Source: Octopus vulgaris (Eukaryota). Taken from it: a stretch of DNA of 64,000 nt. The stretch covers positions 15,128,001-15,192,000 of the forward strand of contig OX597825.1 of assembly GCA_951406725.2 (NCBI GenBank). The letters are read 5' to 3'. The translations under genes were made by a program, and so were the position numbers. The number at the start of each line of letters is the position of its first letter. Position 1 is the stretch's first letter. The notes beneath the pieces were generated by a model. That model made no database searches. It was given only the letters and a program-made list of their open reading frames with translations, and had not been told where the DNA came from. Positions 1-15,206 of this stretch are shown in pieces.

Positions 1-130
1 GCGTCTTAACATTTTGTGCTCAGTACGGTTTAGAGTCAACTTAGAATGGTGGCATACTAAACCTCACGGCGTTATACTAAAACTGAACCATTGTACCTCC
101 AGCAATAAATATAGGTTATTTCGACATTAC

Positions 131-724
131 TTATTACCTCCGCCTTTACTAAGACGAGAAGTGTTCTTTTCAGTCGTGTTTGTTTGTTTGACCGTGGGCA
201 AGATATCTCAAAAACCGCTAGATGGATTCGGATGAGACTTTCAGAGATGTATGGCATCGTGGCTAGCGCGAAGTGCTACATTTTGGGATCGATCCGGCCC
301 AGACAAAGATAATGGATTATTTGTTATATTTATTTTACTTAAAATGATTACGATCTTACATTAACTTTCGAGTCTTTCTCAATCATCTCCCTATAGGCTG
401 TAACTATTTTAAATGGAGAATTTGGTAACTTTGGCTCATATCAATTAAGGATAAAATATTTATTATTACTAAATTTTCGGCTGCCACCTTCAAATTTCAT
501 GACTACCATTAGGGTCGATTACGCACCGGACAAGGATTCTGGATTATTTCCAAGGGTTTTTTTAATTAATTTTTGAGAGCGGTCGGGTTCATGTTTAGTA
601 TTCTTGTTTGTAAGAGCAGTCGAGGTCATTTCAGATATTCTAATTTTAAAAATCATCTCTGGCTAACCGTTGAGAGGACGTTGTTGTTACTTTGACGGAG
701 GTTTGCACTCTGAGTGCGTTTGTT
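131..724 (+). mobile_element. Non-autonomous Helentron-associated (HINE/DINE-1-like) element, copy 1
   Basis: 5' TTATTACCTCCGCC subterminal motif and a (GTTT)n core. 3' GACGGAGGT (inverted match to ACCTCCGCC) is followed by the hairpin GCACTC-T-GAGTGC and T-rich ends. Both halves align in reverse to 2890-3262, with about 225 bp extra at roughly 300-525. Confidence 0.7.
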
Positions 725-896
725 ATATATTGTATTTGTCAAGAAGGTGCATTTGCAACCACGTCGTTTCGTATGCAGTCGTAGTGCGCGATACCATGGG
801 CAAACGTATTCTACCATTAGTCACGGGACAATCATTGACCTGTAGATGAATTAATGGAGGAAAAGTCTGTCGATTCCCACCGTATTTATATATGTA

Positions 897-900
<4 letters not shown>

Positions 901-936
<36 letters not shown>

Positions 937-1091
937 TTATATATATATATATATGTATGTATATATATATATATATATGTAAGTATATATATATATGTAT
1001 GTATGTATATATATATATGTATGTATGTATGCATTTATATATATATATATACATATATATGTGTGTATGTATATACATATATATATATGGG

Positions 1092-1152
<61 letters not shown>
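901..1152. repeat. Compound (TA)n/(TG)n microsatellite
   Basis: Directly visible; explains the YI/CV-repeat ORFs. Confidence 0.95.
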
Positions 1153-1545
<393 letters not shown>

Positions 1546-2023
1546 AAAATGTCAACTAATTTAATTATTTTGGAGCTGATTAAACTTGAATTAGCTCTGA
1601 GGAGCATACTTGCGGACAGACGTTTTTTCTTTGTGATCATTTTGCCGTAATTAAAGTATCTCGGAAGAATATTTAATCAAGTATATCCTATTAGACGTAT
1701 GATTCGGAGGAAATATAGCTGCCTACTTTTGATAATTTTTAGTGTATGTCTACTTAAACGAACTACTAGTAATGTTGCTGCATCTTTAAGTATTCCATTA
1801 ATCCTATTAACATTTAATAATTAGTAAGAAAGTGGAGCTTAGAAGGAAAACTGGTGTTGTCCCCGCAAACTACTACCTGCATACAATTTCATTACACGGT
1901 TGAAAAACTAAAAAATATTTCCAAGTGTTGAACGTACTAAATGACTAACCTGCACGAAAAAAATATGCTTCGCCGTTGCCACAAAGTACGGAAGTATCAA
2001 TTACTATTACAGCTATTTCTACT

Positions 2024-2405
2024 TGGAAGCACTCCGTCGGTTACGACGATGAGGGTTCCGGTTGATCCGAATCAACGGAACAGCCTGCTCGTGAAATTAA
2101 CGTGTAAGTGGCTGAGCACTCCACAGACACGTGCACCCTTTAGTTCTCGGGGATATTCAGCGTGACACAGAGAGTGACAAGGCCGGCCCCTTGAAATACA
2201 GGTACAACAGAAACAGGAAGTAAGAGTGAGAGAAAGTTGTGGTGAAAGAGTACAGCAGGGATCACCACCATCCCCTGCCGGAGCCTGGTGGAGCTTTTAG
2301 GTGTTTTCGCTCAATAAACACTCACAACGCCCGGTCTGGAAATCGAAACTGCGATCCTATGACCGCGAGTCCGCTGCCCTAACCACTGGGCCATTGCGCC
2401 TCCAC
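2024..2405 (-). mobile_element. tRNA-derived SINE family A, full length
   Basis: Minus-strand head GTGGAGGCGCAATGGCCCAGTGGTTAGGG...GTTTCGATT (A/B boxes, tRNA-Arg-like). TSD GCTATTTCTACT at 2012-2023 and 2406-2417. Near-identical to three other copies in the window. Confidence 0.95.
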
Positions 2406-2472
2406 GCTATTTCTACTACACTTATTACAACTATCTATTACTATTACTTCTATTAATATTGGAACACATAAT

Positions 2473-2889
2473 AATAGACCGGACATAATGGTGATGGACA
2501 AGATGCACCACACATGTTATATAGTTGATGTTGCATCAACTATAGTCAAGACGGAAGGCGAAAGGACAGATAAATACAACGCTCTTATGTACGAAATAGC
2601 CCGGTTATGGAAAATGAAGACGGTGAAAATAGTGTCAATTATTGTTAAGTCCTTGTGAACAGTATCGAAAGGCATCGAGCGGAATATAAAGGAAATCGGA
2701 AAAGAGTGTCCAGTAGAATGTTACAAAAGGTTTACCTCCTTGGCATTCCCAGAATAATCAGGAAAGTAGAAGATAGCTGGAAAAAAAAACGATTAGCACG
2801 GCGACGTACGCTGCATGTAGTAAACCCGCTACGCATGCAAGACTCCAGGTGATACAACAAAACACGTGATAAAGAGAAATAATAAAAAT
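2473..2889 (+). mobile_element. R4/Dong-clade non-LTR retrotransposon 3' remnant (restriction-like endonuclease plus 3' UTR)
   Basis: Manual translation NRPDIMVMDK...CYIVDVA...EGERTDKYNALMYEIARLWKMKTVKIVSIIVKSL*, then LQKVYLLGIPRIIRKV after a frameshift. This is the PD-(D/E)xK RLE signature. Ends in AAT-rich sequence. Confidence 0.85.
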
Positions 2890-3262
2890 AACAAGAGCAC
2901 TCAGAGAGCACAAATGTCTGCCAATGCGACATCATCGTCCTCTCAACGATTAGCCAGAGATTATTTTTAAAATGAGATTATTTGAAATGACCTCGACTGC
3001 TCTTACAAACAAGAATACTAAACATGAACCCGACCGCTCTCAAAAATTAATTAAAAAACCCTTGGAAATAATCCAGAATCCTTGGCCGGTACTGGATCGA
3101 TCCCAAAGTCTAATCAGTTCGTATCAGTCACGATGCCAAACATCCCTGAAACTTTCATCTGAATTCATCGAAGAGATCTTGAGATATCTTATCCACAGAC
3201 AAACAAACGAAGAAACACGATTAAAAACAATACCTTCACCTTCACTAAGGCGGAGGTAATAA
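2890..3262 (-). mobile_element. HINE/DINE-1-like element, copy 2
   Basis: Reverse complement of 131-724. Ends are AACAAGAGCACTCAGAGAGC and AAGGCGGAGGTAATAA. Confidence 0.7.
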
Positions 3263-3272
3263 TGATGAAAAA

Positions 3273-3334
<62 letters not shown>

Positions 3335-3336
3335 AT

Positions 3337-3420
<84 letters not shown>
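3273..3420. repeat. (TAG)n with an internal (CAG)n block
   Basis: Directly visible. Confidence 0.95.
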
Positions 3421-3421
<1 letters not shown>

Positions 3422-3636
3422 TTTGATCTTTGCATTAGCAATAGTTTGTACGCTATAAATTTTCGCTTACGATAATCGACAAAAAAATAGTATCTGCTCA
3501 AAATATCTGTTTCGGCGCTTTCATTACGCAGGGTGTTACCGCTGAAAGTCATTTAAAGCGCCAAGGAGTCTATTGTATATTTGCATGTGCTGATCCGGTA
3601 ATAGTTTAGCTGTTGCAAGATTGGAACTAATGTGCT

Positions 3637-3686
<50 letters not shown>

Positions 3687-4115
3687 CTCATATAGACATA
3701 ATACATGTGTGTGTGTATCAGCAGCTGGTATTCAATTTGTAGTTTGTTCAGTTTAAAAAAAAATGTTAAAATTACCAATTATTTTCAAATGCGTCAATCG
3801 TTTTTTAATCGTGAACTCAACTCTATCCAATACTAATGACAGAAAATGCAACAAATCGTATTATGATAACGGCTTTAATGTAAGAAATAGTGGAAATTAT
3901 TGATATTAATGATTTATGCCATTATTTACATTAGTCTTGATATTTGTTTCTGCTTTATTGAGGTTGGGAATATTTTCCAGAAGATTGTTTAGAACGATGA
4001 CATAAAATAAATATGATTCTATTGATTTTCTTTGCTTGTTACTTTACAAAAAAAATCGCATTTATTTATAACAGAAAAGAACATTTTATCGCTTTATCTT
4101 TCTCTGATTTCCTTC

Positions 4116-4516
<401 letters not shown>

Positions 4517-6338
4517 ATGTTATTTTCAATTACCATAAATGTATTGAACAATTCTCATAACCCAATTTGCTAATGTATAGATTTTACATCAGATTATTTA
4601 TTGTTGCCCAAATGTATCTCATTATTTGAAACATTCAAATTCCCCATTTAAACTCAGGGCCAACAGAAATATATGGGCATTTATATCTGAAAGGTTAAAG
4701 TGGTAACAACATGCAAGTAGAAAAAAAAAATCGTTTCCAATTTATTGCTTCTAAATTATGAATGAATCTGTGTTGTTCAGGAAAGATAGCTGCTCAGATA
4801 CTGCTAAGTGATTGTTTGTTCTGGGTTGTTTTTGTTTTTTTCATTTTGAATTAAGTACAAGAATTGGATTTATATAAGTTTTTTCTGATTAGAATAAGAT
4901 ATTTGTCTATTTCCATTCATTCTGTTGTTGTTGTTGAGGTTGTTGTTCTTGTTTCAGTTGTCAATACTGATGTCTCTGTTAATTGAAATAGTATGAAATA
5001 GCATATTTCCTTACAAGAAGGATGCCTTAACGATTTAACGATTGAAAGTATTTTCATCGTTTAAAGGCGACAAAATTCCCTTAAATTGATTTCATATTTT
5101 ACACTGTAAAACTAATTGTTTTCTGTAAATTAAAATGATTTTTTAGATGTGTTTCTTTTTCGTACCTTTCTACTATTCTCTGATAGTTATTCAAACAGGT
5201 TAGTGTGTATTGGCATAAGTTAACACGAACACTATGCTAGGTTCCAAGGAAGTATTTCATATTCATATAAAATACTTCTAATTGAAGGAAGTATTTCATA
5301 TTCATATACCACTGAATTTCTGTAATGACATCATCTTAAGGAATGTACAGTATAAAACCCAATACGAAGTGCTACATAACCAATGAATATATACAAACTA
5401 GTTCCACGTGCATTAAATACTTTAATGACTTAGGGATAAGATGAATTGCTGATAATTTAGTACAACCACTCAAATTGGTATTCATGTTCGATAATTTATA
5501 ATCCAGTAGTTTACGTCTATCGGTATGTTTTAGAAGAATATGCCGACTAAACTGTAGAATCGACATAGCAATCTGGTTTATTTTACCATTTGAATATCAC
5601 TGAATGCTTAACAGTGTCCAAGAACATGACATAACTTTTAATAACCCAATCTACATTGATGTGAGGAGATGCCTGTTTGTAGTGGAACGTGTTAATTATT
5701 TATTTCACTTATAGTACTAAACATAACTTCTCCTATAGCTATATCGCGTGAGAGAATATCATTTAAGGACACATTGCTCTATCGACAGATTAATACTTCG
5801 CAACTAGTCATTGGTGATTCGAGAAAGATAAGCATTAATGTTGAGCATTTGAAACATTATTCCATGTACAATAACTTATCTGCTTATAATCATTTCTAAA
5901 ATTAAATGAGAAATTTAACGCCCATCCACTTATTTCGTGTAAACTGGCGCCTAGAAACAAGTTATATAATTTCATCATAGACAGTCTAAACGATATTCAT
6001 ATTTCCAAAGGTTTCTTATGGGAGACGTTGGATAGAATTAAGGTCCCTTTGTATAAATGATCATATTTTCTATTTGAAATCAGATCCAATAGCTAACGAT
6101 TGCTGCTAGTAATTTGTGTATTTTCTGAGACTAATAGGCGAGGTTTAAATGTTCAATAATTGTTTCTGGAGTTCATTGAATGCAGTAACTCATACTTGAT
6201 ATGCCTCGGAATAAATACTGAAAAATATTTCTCGTTTCTAACGGCTATGATTCCCCATCGTCCCTGAAGAGCATTGAGAAGAAGACTGTTAAATTCTACT
6301 AATTTTAATTATCTGGATACATGCTTACATAAATGTGA

Positions 6339-6525
6339 TGCGCGGGCGTGTCTGTGTGGTAAGACGCTTGCTTCAAAACCACATGGTTCCGGGTTCAGTT
6401 CCACTGTATGACAACCTGGGCAAGTGTATTCTACTATAACCTCGAGCCGACCAAATCCTTATGGGTGGATTTAGTAGAAGGAAGCTGAAAGAGGCCCATC
6501 GTATATATATATGTATGTGCGTGTT

Positions 6526-6563
<38 letters not shown>

Positions 6564-6787
6564 TGTGTATCTGTGTGTGTTTGTTTCTTTGTGTCTGTGT
6601 TTGTCCTCCATCATCGCTTGACAACCGATGTTGGTGTGCTTAAGTCCCCGAAACTTAGCGACTCGGCAAAAAGGACCGATCGAATAAGTGCTAGGCGTGC
6701 AAAGAAAAAGTCCTGGTGTCGATTTCTTCGACTAAATGCTGTGCTCCAGCATGGTCACAGTTACATGACTGAAACGCGTAAAAGAGT
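6339..6787 (+). mobile_element. tRNA-derived SINE family B with internal (TA)n(TG)n microsatellite, full length
   Basis: Head GGCGTGTCTGTGTGGTAAG...GGGTTCAGTTCC, internal microsatellite at about 6502-6580, tail GCTCCAGCATGGTCACAGTTACATGACTGAAAC...AAAAGAG. Homologous to copies at 24468, 43247, 50066 and 57014. Confidence 0.9.
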
Positions 6788-7558
6788 ATGAATATAAATA
6801 TGCTACAAATAGATACATGCTGACTATAAAAGATTCGAGATTTATAAAACACGAAGGCATTCTGAATTCAAATTTTACGACAATTATGTGAAATCTCGTT
6901 TCAAATGACTAAAAGTGTGAATGGTATTTGGATGTGCAATATCGTGCGTCTATTAATGTTTTCAAGACATTCGTAATGAAATTTCTGTCAGGCTCAGTGA
7001 AATTTAACAAAATGTACTTCTTAATGCCTCACCGTCCCAAAACGAAAATGATTTTAATAAAGAAACAAAGACCAAATTTTAATTCTCATCCCTAAGCGTT
7101 AACTTGTTCTTTGTGAGTGGATACGATGACAAAATGTTTTTTTTGTTGTTGTTTGTTTTATTGGAACTCATCAGAAAAATGCCATCAATGCGAAATCGTA
7201 TAATGTTTTCAAATACAGAAAAAAAATGTTACTAAAAATTTTACTGAAATCTAATTAACACAATGAAAACAAAATTGAGCTGAAGGAGATACATCGAATT
7301 AAAAGCATGGATTGATATTGATCATTTATGCAAGCATTCATCCGTACGCCTCATTCGTAGTGAAGTTGATTCGTATTACTCTCAGATGGTGGAAGAGAAC
7401 GAAAGTCAGCATCTTTCCCTAACGATTTACAAAAAAGGAACTCGATGTGAATTATGTGATAATTTGATGAACAAATGTGTTTGTCGTGCTTATCCAAAGA
7501 TAGGATATTTATAGCAAGAATCGTTGGTAATTGCACAGGATATTTATTTTAATACATT

Positions 7559-7946
7559 GTGTGGAAGCACTCCGTCGGTTACGACGATGAGGGTTCCGGT
7601 TGATCCGAATCAACGGAACAGCCTGCTCGTGAAATTAACGTGTAAGTGGCTGAGCACTCCACAGACACGTGCACCCTTAACGTAGTTCTCGGGGATATTC
7701 AGCGTGACACAGAGAGTGACAAGGCCGGCCCCTTGAAATACAGGTACAACAGAAACAGGAAGTAAGAGTGAGAGAAAGTTGTGGTGAAAGAGTACAGCAG
7801 GGATCACCACCATCCCCTGCCGGAGCCTCGTGGAGCTTTTAGGTGTTTCGCTCAATAAACACTCAGAACGCCCGGTCTGGGAATCGAAACCGCGATCCTA
7901 TGACCGCGAGTCCGCTGCCCTAACCACTGGGCCATTGCGCCTCCAC
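7559..7946 (-). mobile_element. SINE family A, full length
   Basis: TSD TTTAATACATT at 7548-7558 and 7947-7957. Intact B box GGTTTCGATTCC on the minus strand. Confidence 0.95.
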
Positions 7947-8599
7947 TTTAATACATTATTACTTATATGAAATTAACAGCCTATTTACGTCGGAATCGCT
8001 TACAAATTTCGGCAGCTTAATCATTTTAATTCCTACAATACGAGAAATAATTCAATCCATTTCGATATTTTATGCGTATAACTTAGCTGATCTCTGCGTG
8101 CCAAATTAATCTGAATGGACGCTATTTGTATTATGTTATAATTACCTCAAATTCATTACAGCAAAACACATTCTCTTTATTGATGTATATTTAACCAATC
8201 GAAAAAAGTGATCTTTATGTGGTCGTACGACTGGTAAGCTATTGCAGCTAAATCTTCTCCAAACTTCGCCCGACTAAGATGAAGACCAAGATGGTATATT
8301 GTATCGTAATTGCTGGAATATGTCCTATCATTGATCAAATCGGGCAGCGCCGGCTGTTTACGAAACAACAATGCATAACTTTCTATTGACAAATATCCGT
8401 ATGTATCGATGTAAGTATGTGTTTGTATGAATTTTCGTGTGTATGTATATGTGTATAGGTATGTACGTATGTATGTATTGTTTGGTTTCAAAATAGACAG
8501 TGATTCATCCAATAATTTGCTTAAATAGCTGTAATGTTACAGAAAGCTTGAGAGCCAACAAATTGCCGCTTAAATCTACAGATTATTCAGTTTCCATCC

Positions 8600-9190
8600 G
8601 GCTTAATAGTTTGCTGAAGCAGAGGGTTGCCTACCAGAGAACGGAGTTGGAACATATCTGCATCTTTTCATGAACCTGTTCCAAAGTAATTGCCTGATGG
8701 TCATGATTGAATGCAAACAATTTTTTAATGTTCCCGCTAACAACATCTTGGTTTTCAGGAAAATACACCATATGATTATCTCCATTAAAATAGCACAAAA
8801 ATATCTCGGCTTCTAGACATCAAACGTAGTTCACCAAAAATCACTTAATACTAGGGTACCTATAAAGGACTGTTTGAACAACGATGAATTTGAGAACGGT
8901 CATAAACCATGTTTAACCAGAGGATTGGGGGCTATTTTTTTCGTGATATGGTTGAACCTTTCTGTTATTTAGATGGGCTTTAATGGATAAATCCCTTCGA
9001 AAACGAGAAGCTTCTTAAAATGGACAATCACCTACTGTTCCCCTTCCTATTCCGAATATGCGTCCACGTTAATCAATGGCAGTAAAGGTATTCTGTAAAT
9101 GGGCATAGAACAATTAGCAATCCTCTTTGTCAGCGTATCTACAATAGACGTGGAAGCAACAAAAGCACTACAGCAACAAAGTGGTATTGA
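8600..9190 (-). mobile_element. Highly decayed hAT (Charlie/Buster-like) transposase remnant
   Basis: Frame-broken minus-strand stretches recall, in the expected order, LLVxxRY..., K.IAPN...H, VNYV, SR.F and a degenerate TEVRWLSRG-like segment. Seen by eye only. Confidence 0.4.
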
Positions 9191-9456
9191 TTAAAAGAGA
9201 AATAATCTTAACAGGGAAATCAAAATTGCTGTGGGGCAGATAAAATAAGGGATAAACAAAATGGAGTTGGTGTAGCATCTGAGGTATTTCAGTAAGGTGG
9301 GTGTATTTCGTAGATTTTTTTTTAATACTACGTTTACTAACGTGATCTTTCTGTATTGAATAATCTTCGTTGAGATTTGAAATCATTTCGCTGCTACTTT
9401 TTATAGCTCGAGTGAAAACGTAAACGTTTTATCAAGTTCTGGTCACTAGTGTGTGA

Positions 9457-9502
<46 letters not shown>

Positions 9503-10034
9503 GAGAGTATGACAAACCCGCCGCCATATGAGTTTGAACAATATTTCAAAATTAATGAACCCATAGATTGTTTTTATTATAACGATTTAAAATATCTTCA
9601 ACCAAACTCACAAAACATGATATATTGCATATGTTTGTCGTTCTCAACAACAGTTGAGACAAGTTTATGATTATTTTCAGATGTGTGTTTTACATAGATA
9701 TTTATTAATGAGTCTAAATCTCATCTTTGTTGATGATAAATCTGTATTTCCAATCGTTGGTCTTATGCCAAGTGAAACGGAATCTATATTTCCTAACATC
9801 GAATTGAAATGTTCTTCCAACTAGAATAGAAAATGCGAGGTGGCGTTAAATTTCATTTGAATATGTTTGAAGATTTGTTGAAGCCCTTTACACAAATATT
9901 GGAAATATTGACGAAGTATAACATTTAAAACTGAAACATTAGCAAATATTGATAATATTTGATAACTATGCAGAGTTAAGTACAACATACTGTCAGCTAT
10001 GGAGTTACTGAACTATATTTGATCAACTGCCCGA

Positions 10035-10398
10035 ATAATAATAATGATAATAATACTAATAGTAATAGCAAGAAGAAGAAAGAACAACAATGATAATATC
10101 AATATTAAGAAGGAAGAGGAGGAGGAGGAGGAGAAAGAACGAGAACGATAATATCAATTTCAATAATGATGATAATGATGATAAGAAGAAGAAGAAGAGA
10201 AAGAAGAAGAAGTAGAAGAAGGACAAGAAGAAAAAATAACAACAATGATAATATCAATATTATTATTAACGATGATGATGATGATGATAATAATAATAAT
10301 AAGAATAATAATAAGAAGAAGAAGAAGAAGAAGAAGAAGAACAACAACAACAACAGCAACAATAACAACAACAACAACAGCAACAACAATAATAATAT
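10035..10398. repeat. Compound triplet array (AAT/AAG/GAT/AAC)n
   Basis: Directly visible; lies immediately 5' of the Dong remnant. Confidence 0.9.
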
Positions 10399-10404
10399 TC
10401 ATGG

Positions 10405-11645
10405 TGACACTGATATGAAGATGGAGTTTGAACTTTCAAATTTGGTGATGAGAAGAGGAAAGCTTGTTAGGACAGAAGACGTACATATGTATTCCAAGTG
10501 GTAAAATGATGAATGCAGTTGAACCTGAATCTAGAATACTTGAGGCAGACAGGATTAAGCACAATGATATTAAAGAAAAAGAGAAAGAAAGAATGCCTGC
10601 GGTGAGTGAGAAAAATATTGTCTTCAAATCTGAATGCTAGAAACATAATTTCGGCACTAAATTTGAGTTTTGTCGCAAAAGTTCTGTACGGCGCTGAGAT
10701 TCTGAAGGGGGCACAGGATGAGCTAAAGAGTTGGACAGAATGACATGAAAGTTCCCCACGTTGCAATGAGCCCGGCGTTCACGTACAAACTCTGATCGAC
10801 TATATAATGAAGAGATCAAATAGCGGATGGGGACTGTGGTACACTGAGTACGTAGTCTTACTATGATACCTATCCCAAAATTAAAAATACCTTACTAGAG
10901 TCATTTAGCATTGAAAGCAAGAAGTACGAAAAGAACACGAAGAATCATTACGCAGTAACGTACTATACACAGTTTATGTAACCACAAGTGAAGGAAAACA
11001 TAGGTGGAATTGGCTGAAGAAAGGAAAGCTGAAGAAAGAAACTGACGGCACCATAATAGCAGCGCAAAACCAAGCTTTGGCCACAAGTTGTTAGAGGGTC
11101 AGGTTAGGGATGAGCAAGTTTCTCCATTGTGCTGCATGTGTAATAGATAGGACGAAGCCATTGCTCTTATTCAAACGAATGCTGCAGATTTGCTCAAAAT
11201 CATTACAGGTTTTGGCGACACATTGAGGGTGCGAAAGTGCTACGTTGGAAATTGTGTGTAAAAGTGGGATCTAGGGAAGGTAAGACGTAGTATGAGCACA
11301 TACGACAGAGTATAACGGGGTCAGAGGCTGCAAAATACTGTAGGATTTCTGAATCAAAACAGATCAGGTGCTAGAGAATAACAAATCAGACCTAGAAGTT
11401 GTGGACAACATGCGCAACAAGTGCAATATAGTTGATGTTGCGTACCTATTTGCCCCACGGACTGTCAAAAAGGAAGGTGAAATACAGATATATACTATCC
11501 TCGTAAGTGCGAAATAATCCAGCAATGGAAAATGAAATCAGTTGAGATAATAATAAATATTGTTATGTCTTTGAGGACAGCATCAGAAGGAATCAAGATG
11601 AATATAAAGCAAATTAGAATAGAGTGCCCAGTAGAATTGTTACTG
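10405..11645 (+). mobile_element. 5'-truncated, decayed R4/Dong-clade LINE (RT thumb, CCHC knuckle, RLE)
   Basis: DMKMEFELS..MRRGKLVRTED; LKKETDGTIIAAQNQALAT at about 11029-11085; degenerate Cys/His knuckle at about 11125-11210; KIL*DF*IKTDQVLENNKSDLEVVD...CNIVDVA. The 3' part is homologous to 2473-2790. Confidence 0.85.
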
Positions 11646-12927
11646 ACACAAGTTATATGAGACATTTCTTTGATACTTTGTGAAGGGTAGGTTCGATTAC
11701 TGTTTTCACATGCTGATCATTATAGGCGGATGGACGTCCTATACCTTCTTGATATACAAGGATCTTATCTTAACCAGCTTATACTAGTTATGGCATAATA
11801 CTCACTCCTATCGCTTTTATTCCCTTCCTATAAGTTAAAACATCATTTGTACGCAATCGAAATAAGCAATTAATTTACATATTCCTCATATATCTACATA
11901 CTGCCTGATGGAAACTTTCTCTTTATTGAAGTAATGTCTGAGAAAATTCTTAACTTTCAGTTATATATAAAACAAAAAGCTTGCCAATAACTGAATAATC
12001 TAAATTCGCTTATATTAGCCAATTTTAACAATTTTGTGATCTATCATATAATACGATACCACGAAACTACCTCTGAGAAAATCAAACTATTTATATTTGA
12101 TATATTCCAACTAAAGACGTATTTTTCTACTGGAGAGCATAATATGCTAAAATTGATAACATCCATCAAAATGTTTAAAGATTAATAGGAAATGAATTTA
12201 GAGAATTTAGACAATTACTTAAAACGTTCTTGTGATGTATCATTAGACTTCTGATCTTCAGTTATTTCTGATTCCATAAATTAATTCAGTATGGTTATAG
12301 CATCTTTAATTATGAAGGAGGATAGTATAATAAATACGGAACATACAGATTTGAATTGGTAACTTTTATATTACAGAAAAATATTTCTTAAGATGTCTTG
12401 TTTCAACAAATAAAAATCCGTTGAAAAAAATAGACATATGCAAGCAAGAGCTAAAGAATTATTTTAAGCATCATACATCTTCATAGATTGAACAACAATC
12501 AGGCATTCGCTATTTTTTCTCTATTCTCTTAGGTTATCTCTCTGGCAATAGTTTTATATTATACGCTGAACTAGGTTACAATCTTTTTTACGTATTCGTA
12601 CGTAAATGCGTGCATATTTATGCAAACATCTGTATGTGTAGTATCATTTATCTAGTTGCGTGCGTCAGTGATATAACTATATGATCAACAGTGTCTAGAA
12701 AGATATTATGTAAAAAGATGTACAACGCAGAAACATGTACAAACAATCTACTCAATGGTAGTTTATGTGTAGTGTTATACAAATGAATTAGATTCTAAAT
12801 GTTTAATTAAGGTTTTGCTTTTGATAGTAATTAGTATGTCAAATAAGCAAACAAGCTTTATAATAAATAGATATCTCAGTGCCCATATGAGCAGCAGTTT
12901 GAAATGCAGATTTTTTTAGTTGTGTAA

Positions 12928-12959
12928 ATATATATACACACATATATATATACACACAA

Positions 12960-13030
<71 letters not shown>

Positions 13031-13109
13031 TACATACATACATACATACATACACACATACATACATATATATATACATGCATGCATACATACATACTTA
13101 CATACATAC

Positions 13110-13164
<55 letters not shown>

Positions 13165-13441
13165 AGAGAACGGCATGTATATGTGTATGGGTGTGTGTAT
13201 AAATTGACATGTATGCATATATGTATGAAAAATAAGTATATGTGTACATACAGATAAATAAGTGTATATATGAATAAAGGGATATGTAATGTACAAATAT
13301 ATCTAGATGTACGCATGTAATATACATATATATAATATATATATATGAATACACACATATATATATATATATAGTATAGGCATAGATATATATGTATATA
13401 TATAGATATTTATGTATGCATATATATAAATTCACACACAC

Positions 13442-13472
<31 letters not shown>

Positions 13473-13485
13473 TATATATATATAT
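12928..13485. repeat. Compound dinucleotide/tetranucleotide microsatellite region
   Basis: Directly visible. Confidence 0.9.
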
Positions 13486-14079
13486 ACGTTCTTGTATGTG
13501 GGGGTGTGAATCTTATATTGCCTCATGCATTTATTTCAACTCAGTTTTCAAATTAAAATTCGTACAAAACACAAGCATTTGCTGTTATATATAGGATAGT
13601 TAAATGCATACGAACGACTTCATCAATATTTGTTCAAGAGTTCAAAGCCTCATTGCTTTATTAAAGAGGTTTCTCCTACACATACATCAACCTGAATATA
13701 AATAAATGTATTGGTTTGATGGTTATCACTCTAATATACTTTGTACAAGCTGCATTTTTTTTTACATCGCAACACAGTTGTGGTTTTGTTTACATGCAAA
13801 ACTACGACACGCTGTGATTATGTATATTCTGGGCTAATATTTATATTGTTGACACAAATATATTTTATCTTTTACTACGCTCTATGCAGCTTGGGGTTTT
13901 TTGAGAACGCAGTGTTTTTAATAAACTGTTTCGATACGTTCATATAAAATATTAATTCTGTAGCACTTAATGACTACAAGTATTGGTTTTTATATTAGAC
14001 TAATCATGCTATAACGATATTTAGTTACCAATGGTTGATTAGTTCTTGAAGATGCTGATAAAAACCACTTATAACATCA

Positions 14080-14477
14080 CTAGCAGTATCGCCCGGCGTT
14101 GCTCGGGTTTGTAAGGGAAATAACTATAAAGCATTTTTAGAGAGTTATAGCCGCCGAAAAATAGCAAAAAATGCATTAAAAATGGAAAAAATATGATGGT
14201 AAATTTTTGTTTAAATCGTTGACTCATCGTAGACATTTTTAGAGAGTTACGTCCCTTATATTTAAAAATAATATGCATTAAAATGGAAAAAAGTGATGGT
14301 AAATTATTTTTAAAATCGTAGACTCATTGTAGACGCGCGCTAATACCCAGAAGGGCTCGATATGAATCACGACTATAAGATACCCGGTTTTGGTTAAACT
14401 GCACCGCAAAATGTGGGAGTAGTTAGGAATCTAAATCGGAGTAGACAGGCACACAACCTTACTTTTATATATAAAGA
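14080..14477 (-). mobile_element. Non-autonomous Helitron
   Basis: On the minus strand it starts TCTTTATATATAAAAG and ends CCCGAGCAACGCCGGG (GC hairpin)-CGATACTG-CTAG. Inserted between A and T with no TSD. Contains an internal ~100-bp tandem duplication (14131-14234, 14235-14334). Confidence 0.9.
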
Positions 14478-15111
14478 TATCAACTCCTCTTTTCATCCAG
14501 CTTCCATTGATCATATAACGTAATTGTCTTTGATTTGTAGGTTTGAAGTAGGAGCAGACAAATCTCAGCCTATTTAATTTGACTAGTCATTGTAGAGTGA
14601 AGAAAACCGACAAACAGTTGAAAAGCTGCATTCCGTTTTCCGAACTTTGGTATCAGTGGCAAATGGACTCCTTTTCACTGAATCTAATTAAGTTTATAAA
14701 TTTCTATTCGGAAAACTGTTGCTTTACGAATGCATGTGGCGTTAAATTAAGGCGTTATTGAGGCATTGATGATTCGGGAAATCAGCCGGAAACCATAACA
14801 GCAATTTACAAATATGACTTCGAACGTATTCCTGACAAGGCATTTCACAATATGGCTTTTATAAACAATACATTTTATATTCTTCAGACATACACAAAAT
14901 ACAAGATTATTTTTTTTTATCTTCCCTCAGTTATCATAAATACAATAGTATAAATAATTTCTGTTGAAATACGCCAAGTAGAGAAAAATACGTGTCTTTA
15001 GGTCCATGCGCTATATATGCATACGTGTGTGTGATTATGCGTGTGTGTGTGTGTGTGTCTCTCTCTCTCTCTCTGTGAGTGTGTTTGCGTGTGAGTGTAT
15101 ATATGTATATA

Positions 15112-15150
<39 letters not shown>

Positions 15151-15162
15151 CAAGTGTGTATC

Positions 15163-15206
<44 letters not shown>

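Noticed and set aside
755-825. Minus-strand CTAATGG...TACGAAACGACGT possible decayed hammerhead
   Set aside because: There are too many core deviations and the stems are weak.
2330-2405. tRNA gene at SINE heads (also 7870, 15207, 17440, 22400)
   Set aside because: A/B boxes are present but there is no acceptor stem. The heads are fused to SINE bodies with TSDs.
7610-7855. Repeated ORF MVVIPAVLFHH... (also 17174 and 22200)
   Set aside because: It recurs only because it lies within SINE-A copies, and frames differ between copies.
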